The position numbers and the translations under genes are program-made. Below the pieces are notes generated by a model. That model was not told the origin of the DNA, did not search any database, and saw nothing but the letters and a program-made list of their open reading frames with translations. Below are positions 62,327 to 64,000 of a stretch of 64,000 nt of DNA, piece by piece. The stretch covers positions 1,054,001 to 1,118,000 of the forward strand of contig NW_025766414.1 in NCBI RefSeq assembly GCF_003918875.1, given 5' to 3'. The first letter of the stretch is position 1, and each line of letters begins with the position of its first letter. Source of the DNA: Haliotis rubra (Eukaryota).

Positions 62327-63578
62327 TACAAACACACACACAGTTCAACACATCATAAGTTAAAACAGAAATAGAAAGGGGAAGCGATTTTCATGTTTCC
62401 AACTACTACAGTCCTGTTCTTGCATGCCACTGGTTGTCAATGAGACATTGTTTAATGCACACCTGTTTTTTTCCTTTTGTTGTTTTGTAAAATCAAAATA
62501 TACCCTAGAAGTATTGGTTTTCTCACAATATAACCAGAAAATGTAATATGGCTACAGAAGTGTTGTAAAGAATTCATGACAGGGAAATACGAATATCAAA
62601 TAATATATCGAGAGAGCAGTTGTTAAATACTCATTCACAGTATATTAATGATATGACCCTATTGCGTTGATAAATATTTTTCTAAAAGTGAATATTAAAA
62701 TTGAATCTTGATTTTGCACGTTAACTTGTATCTAATTTTTGATTACTTTAATGATTAACTAAGACAAAATCACTCCATCACCGAAAAGAAATTATCTTTG
62801 GCATGACAGACTCTACGGCAACGGCATAGGCCAGGGGAAACCACTCCCATCTTGCCCATAAACTAAAATTATCTGCTCTTGAGTTAATGAAAAGGTCCAC
62901 GGCCATTGTTAATGTACTCTTTACATTCTCTACCCTGTGGGAATGACAGAACTCAACCTCAGTATTTCCCTATGCTGGTTGATTTTGTTAATTCTGACGA
63001 GGGACGTTGCTCATACTATCAATCACTAGTTCATCCTGGAAAAACTTGGTCCTTTACAGGCTGCTAACATATAGCTGGAATATTGCTCGTCACGATATGG
63101 CTGCAATATTGCCGATGTGACGTTAAATAATAACTCACTAAGTCACTCACTCACTCACTCACTCACTGGAATATTGCTGAGCACAGGGTAAATCAGTAAA
63201 CAGGATGTAAAGTTTTAGACTGGACCAGGCAAACCAGTGATCACCAATCTTGGCTTTATCTCCTCTTACCACTGGTGGTATTTCAGCCAAATTGTTAGTT
63301 AAGCAAGTATAAGTTTTTCATATTGAATTAAATCCTGTCAAAATCCCAACATATCCAAGAATCACATTTACAACAGGTTGATGAAGGTTAAAACCTTTTA
63401 CTTTCAACAATAAGAAAATAGTCTTATATTCAGGTCATGGATTGCCATGGGGAATTACTGATCTCTTAGAGTAAACATGAGACACAATTCCACAGTTGTC
63501 TCAGAACAACATTTTCAGAGTGTATATGAGCGAATGTGAACATGTTTTTTATGATTATCAAGAAGGTCAAGGCCTTAC

Positions 63579-63677
63579 CCGTCTGTTGACGAGCGGATCT
63601 GCTGACCGTGGCAGAATATGAGGCTGTGAACACAACTGTTTCCAATGTGGTATTTCTGATGCCAACATCTCATAACC
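63579..63677 (-). CDS. BAIAP2-like exon, end of I-BAR/IMD domain; gene continues beyond the window
   Basis: Acceptor TTTTTGTAG, 33 codons GYEMLASEIPHWKQLCSQPHILPRSADPLVNRR, donor GTAAG. Resembles human BAIAP2 GKELLAQKLPLWQQACADPSKIP as I recall it. Confidence 0.85.
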
Positions 63678-64000
63678 CTACAAAAACACGAAAATATAAA
63701 TAATATGTAACAGACAAAAAAATATCTGGAAGAAAAAGATATGCAATATTGTTTTTGATTCAGACATCTTTTTCACTCACTGTGTTTCTGACAGTGTCAT
63801 GACTACACAATGTCTCAAACACTGATACCATTCTTATGTTATACTTCACAAATAAGACATTTGCAGACCTTTTCAAGCAGAATATACAAAATGAGTTGTG
63901 ACTGAACTACTATCAGACTATCAGTCATTAATATTAGCATAATATGTAAACTCTAAAATAAAGAAGTTGATCATCCATAAAGTCTTGTCATCCATGTGTA

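Overview
Eukaryotic, AT-rich animal genomic DNA. The tRNA-derived SINEs with (ACTC)n tails suggest a mollusc, possibly an abalone-like gastropod (inference only). Three gene loci lie on the minus strand. (1) The first coding exon of a polycystin-2-family (PKD2/PKD2L1-like) channel gene at 1.8-2.0 kb; the rest runs off the left edge. (2) The main feature is a ~15.5-kb tandem array (25.7-41.2 kb) of five intact, intronless genes for secreted Yellow/major-royal-jelly-protein (MRJP) family beta-propeller proteins, plus one pseudogene broken by three TE insertions. The copies form two subfamilies in the order A1, A2, B1, B2, pseudo-A3, B3. They show gene-conversion mosaics, parallel substitutions at family-conserved sites, and one copy (B2) strongly shifted to His/Arg/Lys. 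(3) The 3' eight exons of an IRSp53/BAIAP2-family gene (I-BAR end, SH3, Pro-rich, WH2) at 51.9-63.7 kb, with two apparent 1-bp frameshifts that are probably assembly errors. The rest is SINEs (three families), L2/CR1 and RTE-X-like LINE ends, Tc1 elements, MITEs and tandem repeats, including a 5.2-kb 58-bp satellite. Unusual small elements include a tRNA-like cassette enclosed in inverted repeats, a 38-bp TIR-only insertion with a 7-bp TSD, and an asymmetric-IR element ending in a perfect 41-bp hairpin. All calls are by eye and from recall; no database search was run.
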